From: Squalus acanthias
Taxonomy: Eukaryota
Direction of reading: 5' to 3'
Assembly (NCBI GenBank): GCA_030390025.1
Contig: CM059432.1
Coordinates: 153,204,001 to 153,268,000, forward strand
DNA: 64,000 bases
In this document: piece by piece, positions 51,170 through 62,250 of the stretch
How positions within the stretch are numbered: the stretch's first letter is position 1
How the letters are laid out: each line of letters starts with the position of its first letter
Made by a program: the position numbers and the translations under genes
Notes under the pieces: model-generated
Seen by the model: the letters and a program-made list of their open reading frames with translations, nothing else
Told to the model about the DNA's origin: nothing
Databases searched by the model: none

Positions 51170-51629
51170 ATGGTCGTCAGGGACACAGGAAATTGTAGAG
51201 ATGAGGAAATTACAGAGATAGGAAGGGGTGGGCCATGAAAGGATTTAAACATGATGATGAGAATTTTAAATTGGAGGGGTTGGGAGATTGGGTGCCAGTG
51301 TAAGTCAGTAAGGACAGGAGTGATGGGTGAGTGGGATTTGATACAGGACAAGATATAGGCAGCAGAGTTTTGCATGAACTGAAGTTTATACAGCGTGGAG
51401 GATGGGAGGCTGGCCAGGAGAGCTTTGGAATAGTCAAGTCTGGAGGTGACAAAGGGATGGATGAGAATATCAGCAGCAGATAAGGCGGGGTGGAGGCGGG
51501 TGATGTCACAGAGATGGAATTAATGGAAAGGATATAGGGTTAGAAACTCCGTTTAAGGCTGAGATTGCGAACATTCTGGTTCAGTCTGAGACAATGGTTG
51601 GGGAGGAGGATGGAATTGGTGGGCGGGTA

Positions 51630-51770
51630 CTCCACCTCTCTAAGTGCTTATCTAACTCCCTCTACCTGTGATAATGTATTCCATATTCTAATAATCCTTT
51701 GTGTAAAAAAATATATTCTAACTTCCTCCTTTGTGCATCTCACATTAATCCTGAGTTTATGTCTCCTTAA
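51630..51770 (-). mobile_element. Old CR1 3' fragment
   Basis: RRHKLRI...YFFTQRIIRIWNTL. Confidence 0.65.
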
Positions 51771-52375
51771 AAGTAAAAGGTCAAAAGCTTTCGACTGGCT
51801 GTGGTAGACAAGAATAGAGAAGGCTGCATAAAATCTCTGGGTGGCAACCAGAATATGCAGTGAGGAGACAGTGGCTGTGAAATTCCCGTGCTTAGTGGCG
51901 GCAGTTGTGGCCGGTTTGAAGCAAAAAATGGCGCTCGCCACGCCTCTGCCAACTTCCAGCGCGGCCCACGCTGGTCGCCATCTTGGAAAGGGCAATAGCG
52001 CGGCCGTCGCCTTCGTGCGCCGGAAGAATTCAAATGAGGCAGATCGTGACTCAATCAGCGTGTAACGCTGATTTGACGCATGACCTGCCATTTTGGATGT
52101 CGCCTGCTCCGCTGTACACCCTCTCCTAAACACGCACAGCTGAACATGCGCTCTGCTGCATGATGGAACCCCCACCAGCGCTACTTAAAGGAACACATGC
52201 AACTTTGAGGTAAGTTGCCTTTTGCTTTTGTACTGGTTCCTGCACGGTTTATTTGAGTAGTGGCTTGGTGTAAGACATTTAAAAAGTTGTTAAAGAGTGC
52301 AGGGAGTGCTGCTGGACGTTTGCAAGGCATTGGCTCTTAAAGGAAGCCCTCTGAGAACACCACTTGCTTCCAGTC

Positions 52376-53460
52376 ATGGGGGCTGTACTTGCAATCCCCC
52401 TTGGGTTGCAGCATGAAATGGAGATGGAGCAGATGCAACAAAGGGGACAAGCTGCTCGCAGAGGGAGGAGGAGGACGGGGCTCGCAGTCAGAGGCATTAC
52501 CCATCTAGGGGCTTTATGGAGCACTTCTTCTACCTGCACCTAAGCCAGGAGCAGTGTGTTCGTCGGCTCTGCTTCACCAAGGAGGTGGTCACAGAACTTT
52601 GCCACCTCTTGCAACCAGACCTGGAACCTCAGAACAGGGCGAGGAGGCACTGCCAGTGGCCCTCAAGGTGACCGTGGCCCTCAAATGCTTCGCCAGCAGA
52701 TTCTTCCAGGTTGGAACAGGCGACATCGTAAACATCTCGCAGTTCGCCGTCCATCGCTACATCCAGGAGGTCACAGAGGCTCTTTACGCCAGGAGTGGAG
52801 ACTTCATTGTCTTCTCGCTAAACAGAGAGAAGCAGGAAGAGCGTGCATGTGGCTTTGTCAGGATATCGGGCTTCCCCATGGTGCAGCGAGCCATGAACTG
52901 CACACACGTGGCTTTGTGGCCGCTGCATCTCAATGCTGAGATGTACTGCAACCGCAAAGATTACCATTCACTTAATGTGCAGTTGGCGTGCGAACACACT
53001 CAGCACATCACGCTGGTGAATGCCCGCTACCCTGGCAGCAGTCATGATGCCTTCATCATGCGCTAGAGCAGTGTGCCAGGAATATTCCAGCCGCCACGTC
53101 AAACCCGAGGGTGGCTACTCGGAGATAAGGGCAATCTGCTCCACATCTGGCTGATGTCTCCCCTCCGCAACCCCATTACTCGTGGCCAGCAATCATACAA
53201 TGAGAGCCATGCTGCCATGAGAATCGTCATTGAGCAGACCATCGGCGTGCTAAAGGAACGGTTCCGCTGCCTTGACCACTCGGGAGGAGCCCTCCAGTAC
53301 TCACCAGAGCGGGTGTTCCATTTCGTCGTGGTCTGCTGCATCTTCCACAACTTGGCCATCATGAGGGCGCAGCCCTTGGTACCACGGGTTCTGCAACCAC
53401 CTCAGGAGGAAGAGGAGGAGGAGAAAGAGGAGGAATGGAGGAGGCAGCCTGACAATCCAT
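52376..53460 (+). pseudogene. Harbinger DDE transposase (HARBI1-like), disrupted
   Basis: LPVALKVTVALKCFA, ISQFAV, NCTH (DCTH expected), NRKDYHSLNVQL, ARYPGSSHDAFI, LLGDKG, IEQTIGVLKERFRCL, CCIFHN. Frameshifts and a TAG at 53064. Confidence 0.92.
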
Positions 53461-53699
53461 GTTCATCAGACTCCGGTTCCCCTGACTTAAAACCCAGATC
53501 CCTGTAGCTCAACACATCCCCACCTAACCAGCCCTCTGTCACGGACCATCAGAGTGTCCTCATGGCCACAATCCTGAAATGAAAGCCAACACAAAACAAA
53601 GATTCCAAACAAAATTTATCAATCAATCAATCAAATGGTACATATCAAAGTCAACTGATCACCCTTGTACATTACCTTAGTGCCTGTCGTGGGTGTTCC

Positions 53700-55144
53700 T
53701 TTGCCTGTTCTAGTGCTTCTATGAAGTGCTACCCCAGTGGCTGCAGCATGGCTAGTGGAAGGCTGCTGACTTTCAGAGGGCAAGACTGCAGATGGCCTTG
53801 CAGGACAACCTGCAGCATCTCTGGGCCTAGAAGGGCCTGGCAGCGGACTGCACCACCTGGGCAGGCAGTAGCAGTCTGGGCTGGCTGGCTGACAGACAGC
53901 AGCACAGGCACTGGCGGAGTGGCAGTGGTGGGAGGACGAATGCTGTCACCCTGAGAGAGGACAGGAGTGTCGTGCTCCATGGCGCCACTGCCACTCCCCC
54001 GGGGCAGTGCCTCAGCAATCCTAGTAATCTGTTGGAGGACAGATTGCTGGACTGCTGTGACACCCTGCAAACACCTTTCCACACTGGTAAACTCAGCCAT
54101 GATGGCAGCAAGCTGACCTTACATGAGAGCAGTCTGAGCTTCCACTGCAGCAATCAGACGTTGGGTCGCTTCAATGTGGAAGCTGAGACATCACCCATCA
54201 CACGCTGCATCCTGTTTGGGTCCACAAGTGCGCTAATGAACATAAGAACATAAGAAGTAGGAGCAGGAGTAGGCCATACGATCCTTCGGGCCTGCTCCGC
54301 CATTCAATAGGATCATGGCTGATCCGAACCTAGACTCACGTTCACTTCCCTGCCCGCTCCCCATAACCCTTAATTCCCTTATCAGCTAGGAAACTGTCTA
54401 TCTCCGTTTTAAATTTATTTAAAGTTGATGTTGTTATGTTGTCATAAAATATGAAGTTGCCCATCACTTCCATCCTGGAAATCCTGGGCTCCAAGCTCTG
54501 CGCAAAGACCTGTGCAAAGTTGGTGCTGGACTCCTCCATGCACCTTGACAATGACAACAGGCTTTCTGGCAGGCCTGCCAATGCAGCAAGCAGTTCATTG
54601 TGTGTACCCATCAGTGATCTTCCATAGGCCGCCCCATCAAAGTCCCCATCGGAGTCTTGTGCAGCAGAACTCATGTGCGAGCTTGCCCTCCGCGGAGCTG
54701 CCACCTGCGGTACTCTTTCCCCCTGACCTGGTTGCAGCCCACTCGTAGCTGGTGAGTCACCATGTGCAGATCCCACCTCTAACCTATCCTCTAAAATCTG
54801 TGTTTGGTACAGATTGTTGGTAGGTGAGTAATGGAGGCGTGGTGCATTGAGCAGTGTCTGAGGCTAGTGGTGCAGTTGGTCGGAGACGACTTTTGAAGAT
54901 GCATTCACTGACCTTGACCACTCGTGTGAGTTCATTAAACTTCTTTCGGCACTGGAGCCACATCCTGGGGGCGACACTGCTGGCAGTGACTACATCAGCG
55001 ATCTGGTCCCACATACTTCTTACAGTGTTTCTGGAGGGCCTCCTGTGGGTAGATGAACTCTCTTCGCGTGTTCACCCCCTGCACAAAGGCATCGAATGCT
55101 ACATCAAAGACCCTGGGTGCCCTTTACCTGGCCTGTTCAGCCAT
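53700..55144 (-). pseudogene. Harbinger Myb/SANT-like gene, disrupted
   Basis: ATG at 55144; WDQIADVV...RMWLQCRKKFNELTR followed by a GT donor; downstream exon in ORFs 54342..54776 and 53729..54100. Confidence 0.85.
54239..54433 (-). mobile_element. CR1 3' end nested in the Harbinger Myb gene
   Basis: aacataagaacataagaagtaggagcagg...; STLNKFKTEIDSFLADKGIKGYGERAGK. Confidence 0.88.
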
Positions 55145-56178
55145 TTTGGTTTGTGCTGAAGCAGTTTTAAAATTTTTGATCACCAGAAGGCAGATCACCT
55201 TTAAGAGGTGCAGATTGCCTTTAAGAGGCGCAGGCTAGCTTTAAATAAAGCTAGCCTCGTGCGAACTTCGGCCCCCTGGTGAGCACACAGCCAGTCAGCA
55301 GTGCGCTCAGCGCTGGGTTGCACGCTGCTATCATTATAATTAGCACGAAGTTTATGTGCTGCCTCCACTCCTTTCAGCAGGGGCGGGCCGATCATGCATC
55401 ACGATCCTCACGCCAGTTTTCGGGCCTTATCGAATCTTTCCCCGAGTCTGTAGACAAATGGTGGAGCGGCACAGATTGCAACTCTCTTTACCACTCCGTC
55501 CACCCCCACTGCACCCTCCTCGGAAGAAGGCAGTGCAGCATACTCGATAGGAGGTGGGGGCCAGGGTCAATGCTGACCGAGTACAGTACCTGCAGGACCA
55601 GGGAACAGATGCTGAAGAAGAGAGCAGAGGTTAAGAAATTTGCCATGATAAGGTACCCAACAGATGAGTAGTCCAAGTAATACATGCTGCAAAATGTTGC
55701 CTGTCAATCTGCTACAGAGTTGATGCTGACCGAAGAAATGCCCTCAGACAACCTTGCAGCTCTTTTGCTGCTTACTACACATGCCCATACACCAGCTGGG
55801 CACACATTCAAGCTGCAACTTACAAATTAAACTTAAAAGTTGAAAAGTACAGTACAATTGGACAGCTGTGCCATTCTGCTGTTACTATTCAGTAGCAAAG
55901 GAAATGAAAATGCTGGCCAAGCTGTCCAATGCATCAATCACTTGTTTGATGCATCTTTGGGCAGAACATGGGCTAACCTGGAAGTTGAAGGTAGTGGCGA
56001 CTTTCACTGCCATTGCAGTGCTGTCCTTAATTTGCAAATTGGATGCAGCTATCCTGCAGCAGTTGGTGCAGCTCTCCAGCTACCTTGGTAATTACTGGTT
56101 GGGTGTGCCAGGCCAACAGATATGATTAGCAGAGTAATGGCAGATGTTGATAGTATGGCTCAGGTTCAGGTACCTCCT

Positions 56179-56217
56179 GATTTCTGACGAAAGGTCATCG
56201 ACCTGAAACGTTAACTC
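56179..56217 (+). ncRNA. Minimal type I hammerhead ribozyme motif
   Basis: CUGACGA (56184-56190), stem II AGGUC/GACCU, GAAA, palindromic AACGUU in place of stem III, stem I GAUUU/AACUC with one mismatch. Confidence 0.7.
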
Positions 56218-56310
56218 TGTTTCTCTCGTCACAGATGCTGCCTGACCTGCTGAGTACTTCCAGCATTTTTTGTTTTTATTTCAGATTTCCAGCATCTGCA
56301 GTATTTTGCT
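56179..56310 (+). mobile_element. Penelope-like element terminal fragment
   Basis: ctgacgaaaggtcatcgacctgaaacgttaactctgtttctctc..cacagatgctgcctgacctgctgagtacttccagca, recognised as a common elasmobranch Penelope-type end. Confidence 0.7.
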
Positions 56311-56399
56311 GCTGATCTTGCTGGTATGCCTTCTCTTATCTTACACCACTTCAGCTATGAAATTATGTGATTGGTGAGCTTTATTGGTGTCCTGGAAAA

Positions 56400-56608
56400 T
56401 GGTTATTCCTTAACCAACATCACTAAAGCAGTATATCTGGTAATTATCTGATGCTATTTGTAGGACCTTGCTTTGTGCAAATTGGCTGCTGTGTTTACCT
56501 ATGTTACAACAATGACTACACTTCAAAAGTACTTTATTGGTTGTGAAGCGCTTTGGGACGTCCTAATGTCAAGAAAGGTGCTGTATAAATGCAAGTTCTT
56601 TCTTTCTT
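56400..56608 (+). mobile_element. Deu-domain SINE 3' half
   Basis: aaccaacatcactaaa...gtgcaaattggctgc...gcgctttgggacgtcc...tataaatgcaag. Confidence 0.8.
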
Positions 56609-57317
56609 TAAAAGCAAATCCCATTGTTAATTTAAATTGAATTGCTAATCTGCACAGCACTCTACAGTTTACAGTTACATGTCTTGTCACTCTCTGAATT
56701 GGATTAAAAGTTGTATTCTAAGTATCCTTTTCTTTAACGACCTTCCTGTTTTGCTGAATTCTCATGAATGCTTCAATTGCAGTTGCTTTCTGGTGATTTC
56801 ACATAAACATTTCCGATGTGTTCCGAACAAATTTAGTGAAAAACAAAAAAAAAAAGAAAAAACCAGCCCAAAAAAAGCCAGAGAAAAAAGATAATAAAAA
56901 AGTCTCCACCTCTTTGAGAACTCCTTTGTGGGTAGGACATCATAAACAATAGGAAATCATGAAATTAATATTTTAAATAATATTTAAATATACTTGGATA
57001 TAATGATCAGATAAAAGCACAGCAAGAACTGGGTGAAAATGTGGTGAAATTGATCCCTGCCCCATTTCCTGGGCCAACACCCATTTGTATCAGTCACAAA
57101 ATCTACAGGGGCAGTCAAGTGACTCAAGGCTGTTTAGAGTGTGTGGGTTTGTGCCTCGGATTCCACGACAGGGTGACTGTCTGACCTCAGCCTTACTGAC
57201 TGAAATGTTGTACGCCATTAAGAGACTTCTTGGAAGAGAGGAGGTCACTCAGACAGCGTCCGTCTTACACGGCTCTTTGTAACTGGTTGGAAAAATGCCA
57301 ATGGCCGAGGCAATGAA

Positions 57318-58281
57318 GCATAGAAGATAGAAGTAGGCCATTCGGCCCCTTGAGCCTGCTCCGCCATTCAATAAGATCATGGCTGATCATCCAAATTCAG
57401 TACCCTGTCCCTGCTTTCTCCCCATATCCCTTGATCCCTTTAGCCTTAAGAAATATATCTATCTCCTTCTTGAATATATTTAATGAATTGGCCTCAACTG
57501 CCTTCTGTGGTCGAGAATTCCACAGGTTCACCACTCTCTGGGTGAAGAAATTCCTCCTCATCTCAGTCCTAAATGGCTTACCCCTTATCCTTAGACTGTG
57601 ACCTCTGGTCCTGGACTCCCCCGCCATCGGGAACATCCTTCCTGCATCTAGTCTGTCTAGTCCTGTTAGAATTTTATAAGTTTCAATGAGAGCCCCTCTC
57701 ATTCTTCGAAACTCCAGCGAATACAAGCCCAATCGACCCAATCTCTCCTCATACGTCATTCCTGCCAGCCCAGGTATCAGTCTGGTGAATCTTCGCTGCA
57801 CTCCCTCCATGGCAAGAACATCCTTCCTCAGATAAGGCGACCAAAACTGCACACAATACTCAAGGTGTGGTCTCACCAAGGCCTTGTACAACTGCAGCAA
57901 GACATCCTTGCTCCTGTACTCGAATCCTCTCGCTATGAAGGCCAACATACCATTTGCCTTCTTAACGGCCTGCTGCACCTGCATGCTTACCTTCAGCGAC
58001 TGGTGCACAAGGACACCCAGGTCTCATTGCACTTCCCCTTCTCCCAATCTATTGCCGTTCAGATAATAATCTGCCTTCCTGTTTTTGCCACCAAAGTGGA
58101 TAACCTCGCATTTATCCACATTATACTGCATCTGCCATGCATCTGCCCAATCACCCAACCTGTCCAAATCATACTGGAGTTTCTCTGCATCCTCCTCACC
58201 GCACACACGCCCACCCAGCTTTGTGTCGTCTGCAAACTTAGAGATATTACATCTAGTTCCCTTGTCTAGATCATTAATATA
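57318..58281 (-). mobile_element. Young CR1, 5'-truncated
   Basis: ORFs 57397..58008 and 58024..58404; nearly identical to 46370-47330. Confidence 0.95.
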
Positions 58282-59499
58282 TGGCCTGGGAAATGAAGAT
58301 GCCATCTGCCCTCCTGGTCCAGGAACTGTTCCAAGAGGACACCTGGTGAGGAAGGTCAAAAAATAACCAAAGGGAAAAAAATGTAAAATGTGGACAGGTA
58401 ACAACCACTAAAAGTTAGGCATAAAGCAGTGAGAACAAAGGTTTCCTAAAAACCTCCGATTCTCTTGAGTAATTTGTGCTGACTGGTAGCAACTGGTTAT
58501 TAAGATGGTCAAGAAATTATGTAATAAAATGGTGACATGAATTGGGAAACTGCAAAGTAGGAAGAGAACAATTGCTTTGACTTAAACTGACTCATGAATG
58601 CCGGCCTGTAAAATGAGTCGGCTGCTCAGCGGTAAGGTTTTCCACACTCAGTCATGACGAAGCACACTGGGAAACGTAGGATGAAATGAATGATCTATTG
58701 AGGCTCCAGTCGCCTAATTGTTTTGGTTGTCATGGCGACAATTACTAAGAAATGTGTAAGCTGACCACTGGTTGACTTTTTACTTGTTAGTAATATAAAT
58801 ATTCCCAGGGTTTTTGGAGTAGGCCGCTCTTTCATCACTGCTCAGCAATCGTGGCTTAGCCACATCCTTAGGATGCAATCAGTCTGGTTATTGATACACT
58901 GATTCCATTATCCACGTAACATCTGGTTTCATTGCAGTCTACAATAGCTAATGTTCATACGTTATAACACTGCCCTAACAAAGCACTTCTGTCTTTCAAT
59001 TAACTTTTTTTTATACTGTAGTCAACACCATTTTGCTTGGATTAGTTAACAAAAAAAATACACTTAAAGTTCCAGGAGTCCTCATATTTGGTGAAAGAAA
59101 TCAGTACTTTATATTTTGTTCTTTATATTTTGTGAATATGTTCAGTTCCAAAATTTGTACTCTTCACCTCTTTAACTGGTGGTAACCCTGGCTGATCTAA
59201 AAGCACTGGTGAGGTTAGGTGGCACCGTTGGATGATGAACTTCTCAAACACTAACTTTCATTACTGGAGATCTACGTTCAAATCTCGGCCAGTGAAGGAG
59301 CTAAGGAGCACGGCTTGAATCAGTTTAGCAAGTTTCAATTGCGTTACATAGAGCTGCCTTGGAAATAAAGGTTAATTCAAATTGGAGAGATCCAATGGAT
59401 AGAGCTTGGAGAACTGAAATTTAACACAGTTGTGATACTGAAAGTTTAGAGTATCCTCCTTTATTTTTGTATTTTCCTTCCTTCCATCTGGATCCTGAA

Positions 59500-60800
59500 G
59501 GTGAGATGGACAGTTTTCACACCATGGCACGGTTGGATGCTAAAGCCAGTGGTCCAAGCTGAGAATTGGTGAAACTTTCTCCAGGTAGTGAATAGGTCAG
59601 ATCAGCACAGGCACAGTCAACCTTAGCCACTAAACTACCAGTGGCAATGAAGGTCACCGGTGCTCTTAGCTTTTATGCCACACGGGACAGCACAGCAATC
59701 AGTCACTGTGCTGTCCATTGCTGCATTAAGCTGTTACATATCCGCTTACTTATGCTTCAGCAGAGGCAATGAGAGATTTTCAATGTTGCTGGCTTCCTCA
59801 AGGTACGACAGTCCTATGGCGGGTGTTAGTAGGACTCCCGCCAGATGTATGCAATTGCTCACTTCTCAGGGGATATGCATGATGCTTTCATTATGAGACC
59901 GTCAAATGTGCCACAGCTCTTTAAGGAGAAGGAAAGATGGGTAGTTGGCTCTACTGAGACATGGGCTACAGTGTCCAACCAATGGACAACCAGGGCATGG
60001 TGTGAAAACTGGAACGGAGCCTTCAGTGGTGCAGGACATAGGACAGTGGGAGAATCTTCAATGAGTGCACAGACTGCTGATAATCTTAAAGGTATTCCCT
60101 TGGCTGGCTTCAACATGCTGCGAGATCAGTTAGACACAACTTTGAGGCAGCGATTCCCAGACCTTATAGCTGCCCAGAGATTTTTCTCTCAGACAGATTA
60201 GTCTGTCTGAGGGAGTGGCCAGCAGCAGGGGCATGTCTGGGGTAGGAGTGGATCAGGTAGCTGTCTCTCAAGACAATACCCAGCCCATCAAGCATCTCTG
60301 CACAAATGCCAGCAGATGTGCCACAGAGCAAGTAGGACCAGCCAGCCACAACAGCACCCGATGTGGCTGGCTCACAGCGCCATCACAACGCATAACACAA
60401 GGAGGTCTGGGGCCACCAGAATTCCAGCAGGCTGGTAGTGAAACACAACTAGCACACTTCCTCCTTCCACAAAGAAACCAACTTCGAAGGACCAGCAGGT
60501 CAGGCGTCACCTGTCAAAAACCAAGCACGAGCTGAAAGGGGGAAGTACCATGGTAACTCACACTGATAACACTCACACAATGGGTTCAATAATTGCCCTG
60601 GACCTGATTTGAGCAGTGTGCTGGATATTTATTTGTAATTGATTAGAATAATGCAGGAGTCCAGCAAGAGATGGCAGTCGATCAGTAGATGGTAGTTGGG
60701 GAACTGGGCAAGAAACTGTAGCAGAAGGTGTTTTGGGCAGTTTATTTTGTAGATGTACAGAAGAGGTTTCAGAGATGGGACAGCTCAAGTGCAACAGGAG
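59500..60800. mobile_element. Highly degenerate Harbinger remnant
   Basis: Plus strand reads LPVAMKVTGALSFYA (~59635) and GDMHDAFIMRPSNVPQLF (~59870), homologous to the transposase at 52376. Confidence 0.65.
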
Positions 60801-62009
60801 CACATCCTGTATTTATCCCTGGTACACCAGTCTTCCAGGCTGCACTGGTACTCTCAGCAGCTACTTCCATATAGTTGCCCTCCTATCATGGCACAGATTT
60901 GGATTCTGCTCCTTGAGGCTTCTTTGTAGAGCATATAGCAGATGGTTACAATTCCTGGTGCAGCCTCAACTTGTTGACTCAACTTAAGTGCTGCTTCAAG
61001 ATCTCATTGGTTCCCCCCTCCTTAACCACTTGAAAAGAGTATCAATTTTCAAGCTTTTCTTCACAGCTATAATCCCTAACTAAGTCTTTGTGGAATGCAA
61101 GGTATAATTTTATGATTTGCATACTCCACGCCAAGTTTTGCCTGCCTGGAATGCAAATCAGGATTTCAGGCGCCCACCCAAATTCCCCACGGAGCTCCAC
61201 ACTAGGGATGCCAATTCAAAAAATGGCCTTTAGATGGTCCACAATTCTCAGAGTTCTACAGCTGGAAACATTGCACAGTATAAGATACTCCACAAGTACA
61301 AACAGCAATAAAAGCACGTCGTACAAATCCATTTGAATGTTTTGTATAATTTATAACTCACGCACAGAATTTAAAGCCTGGATTTTCCTTGTATGTACAC
61401 TATTGGAACCAAGATAAAGTGGTTTTCCAACCTATTGTAAAGTAGAGGTAAATTGAGGGACCGCAGCATCAACTAGCTGTAAATTATCTGATATAAAGAG
61501 CCTCTTTAGATCCTACTCAGTCCAAGGATTATGAAATAGTTGGTGAACTCAACCACATTTGTTTTGTTTGCAAACTAACCAAAATCACCTCCGTACTTGA
61601 TCAACTTCTGAAGAATGGCACTGTCTCACCTTGACACATACACAAGGAGAAAATGGGCAAGATTATAAAGTGGAGTGATATTGCCTGAAGTTGTTTTTGG
61701 GATAAAAATGCGCTTATGGACAGAAGTAAAATAAATATTCTAGTTGTTGCATGTACATCATTGGTAAACTCAAACTGAGATTGATTTTCAGGGTGTTTCA
61801 TATCAATTCTATTTGAATAAGGAGGAGGAGGTTACCCATAACTTCATGGAATAGGACCGCTGTCAAGATTATTAGCCATGGTGAAAGGCCTTGAGAAGAG
61901 TTAGAACAGTGGTCTCTAGTATAAGTAATGCACTGAGTAAGGTAGAAGGAAGGGCAGCATCAACCAGCGATAGGGGCGGTAGAAACAGCAATCTCCATTG
62001 GGCCAGAGA

Positions 62010-62250
62010 AGTTTACAGCACAGAAGAAGGCCATTCAGCCCATTGTCTCAGCTGGCTCTTTGCTAGAAATCCAAAACTTATCCCACTGCCCTGTTCTCTC
62101 CTCATAGCCCTGTATCTTCTACTTCAAATATTTACCCACTTTCAATGAAAAGATGCGATGGTCTCTGCCTCAACTACTTCCTGTTTCAAAACATTCCACG
62201 TTCTGAACAGCCTCTGCACGAAGAAATTTCTCCTAACCTCTCTCCTTATT
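62010..62250 (-). mobile_element. Old CR1 3' end
   Basis: ggccattcagccca...gaagaaatttctccta. Confidence 0.6.

Larger units (their letters stand above)
46353..51185 (-). mobile_element. Near full-length CR1 LINE (ORF1 + ORF2) with an internal deletion at ~47897 and two nested MITEs
   Basis: ORF1 50420..51169; endonuclease 47954..48481 (CLNARSIRNK, ITETWL, GDFNL); RT and C-terminus 47703..47909 and 46447..47505; tail (aaacatag)n. Confidence 0.95.
51873..55444. mobile_element. Two-gene PIF/Harbinger transposon (defective)
   Basis: Convergent DDE transposase (+) and Myb/SANT gene (-); degenerate termini GGCTGTGAAATTC / GAATCTTTCCCCG; AGT on both flanks (51870-51872, 55445-55447). Confidence 0.88.

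Noticed and set aside
52554..53507. Possible host HARBI1 gene
   Set aside because: It has stops, frameshifts and a mutated catalytic Asp, and lies within TIRs beside a Myb gene, so it is a transposon copy.
61601..61801. MKHP motif as a candidate SUGCT penultimate exon
   Set aside because: The following residues (ENQSQF) do not fit the expected TVGKISVP, and no suitable donor site follows.
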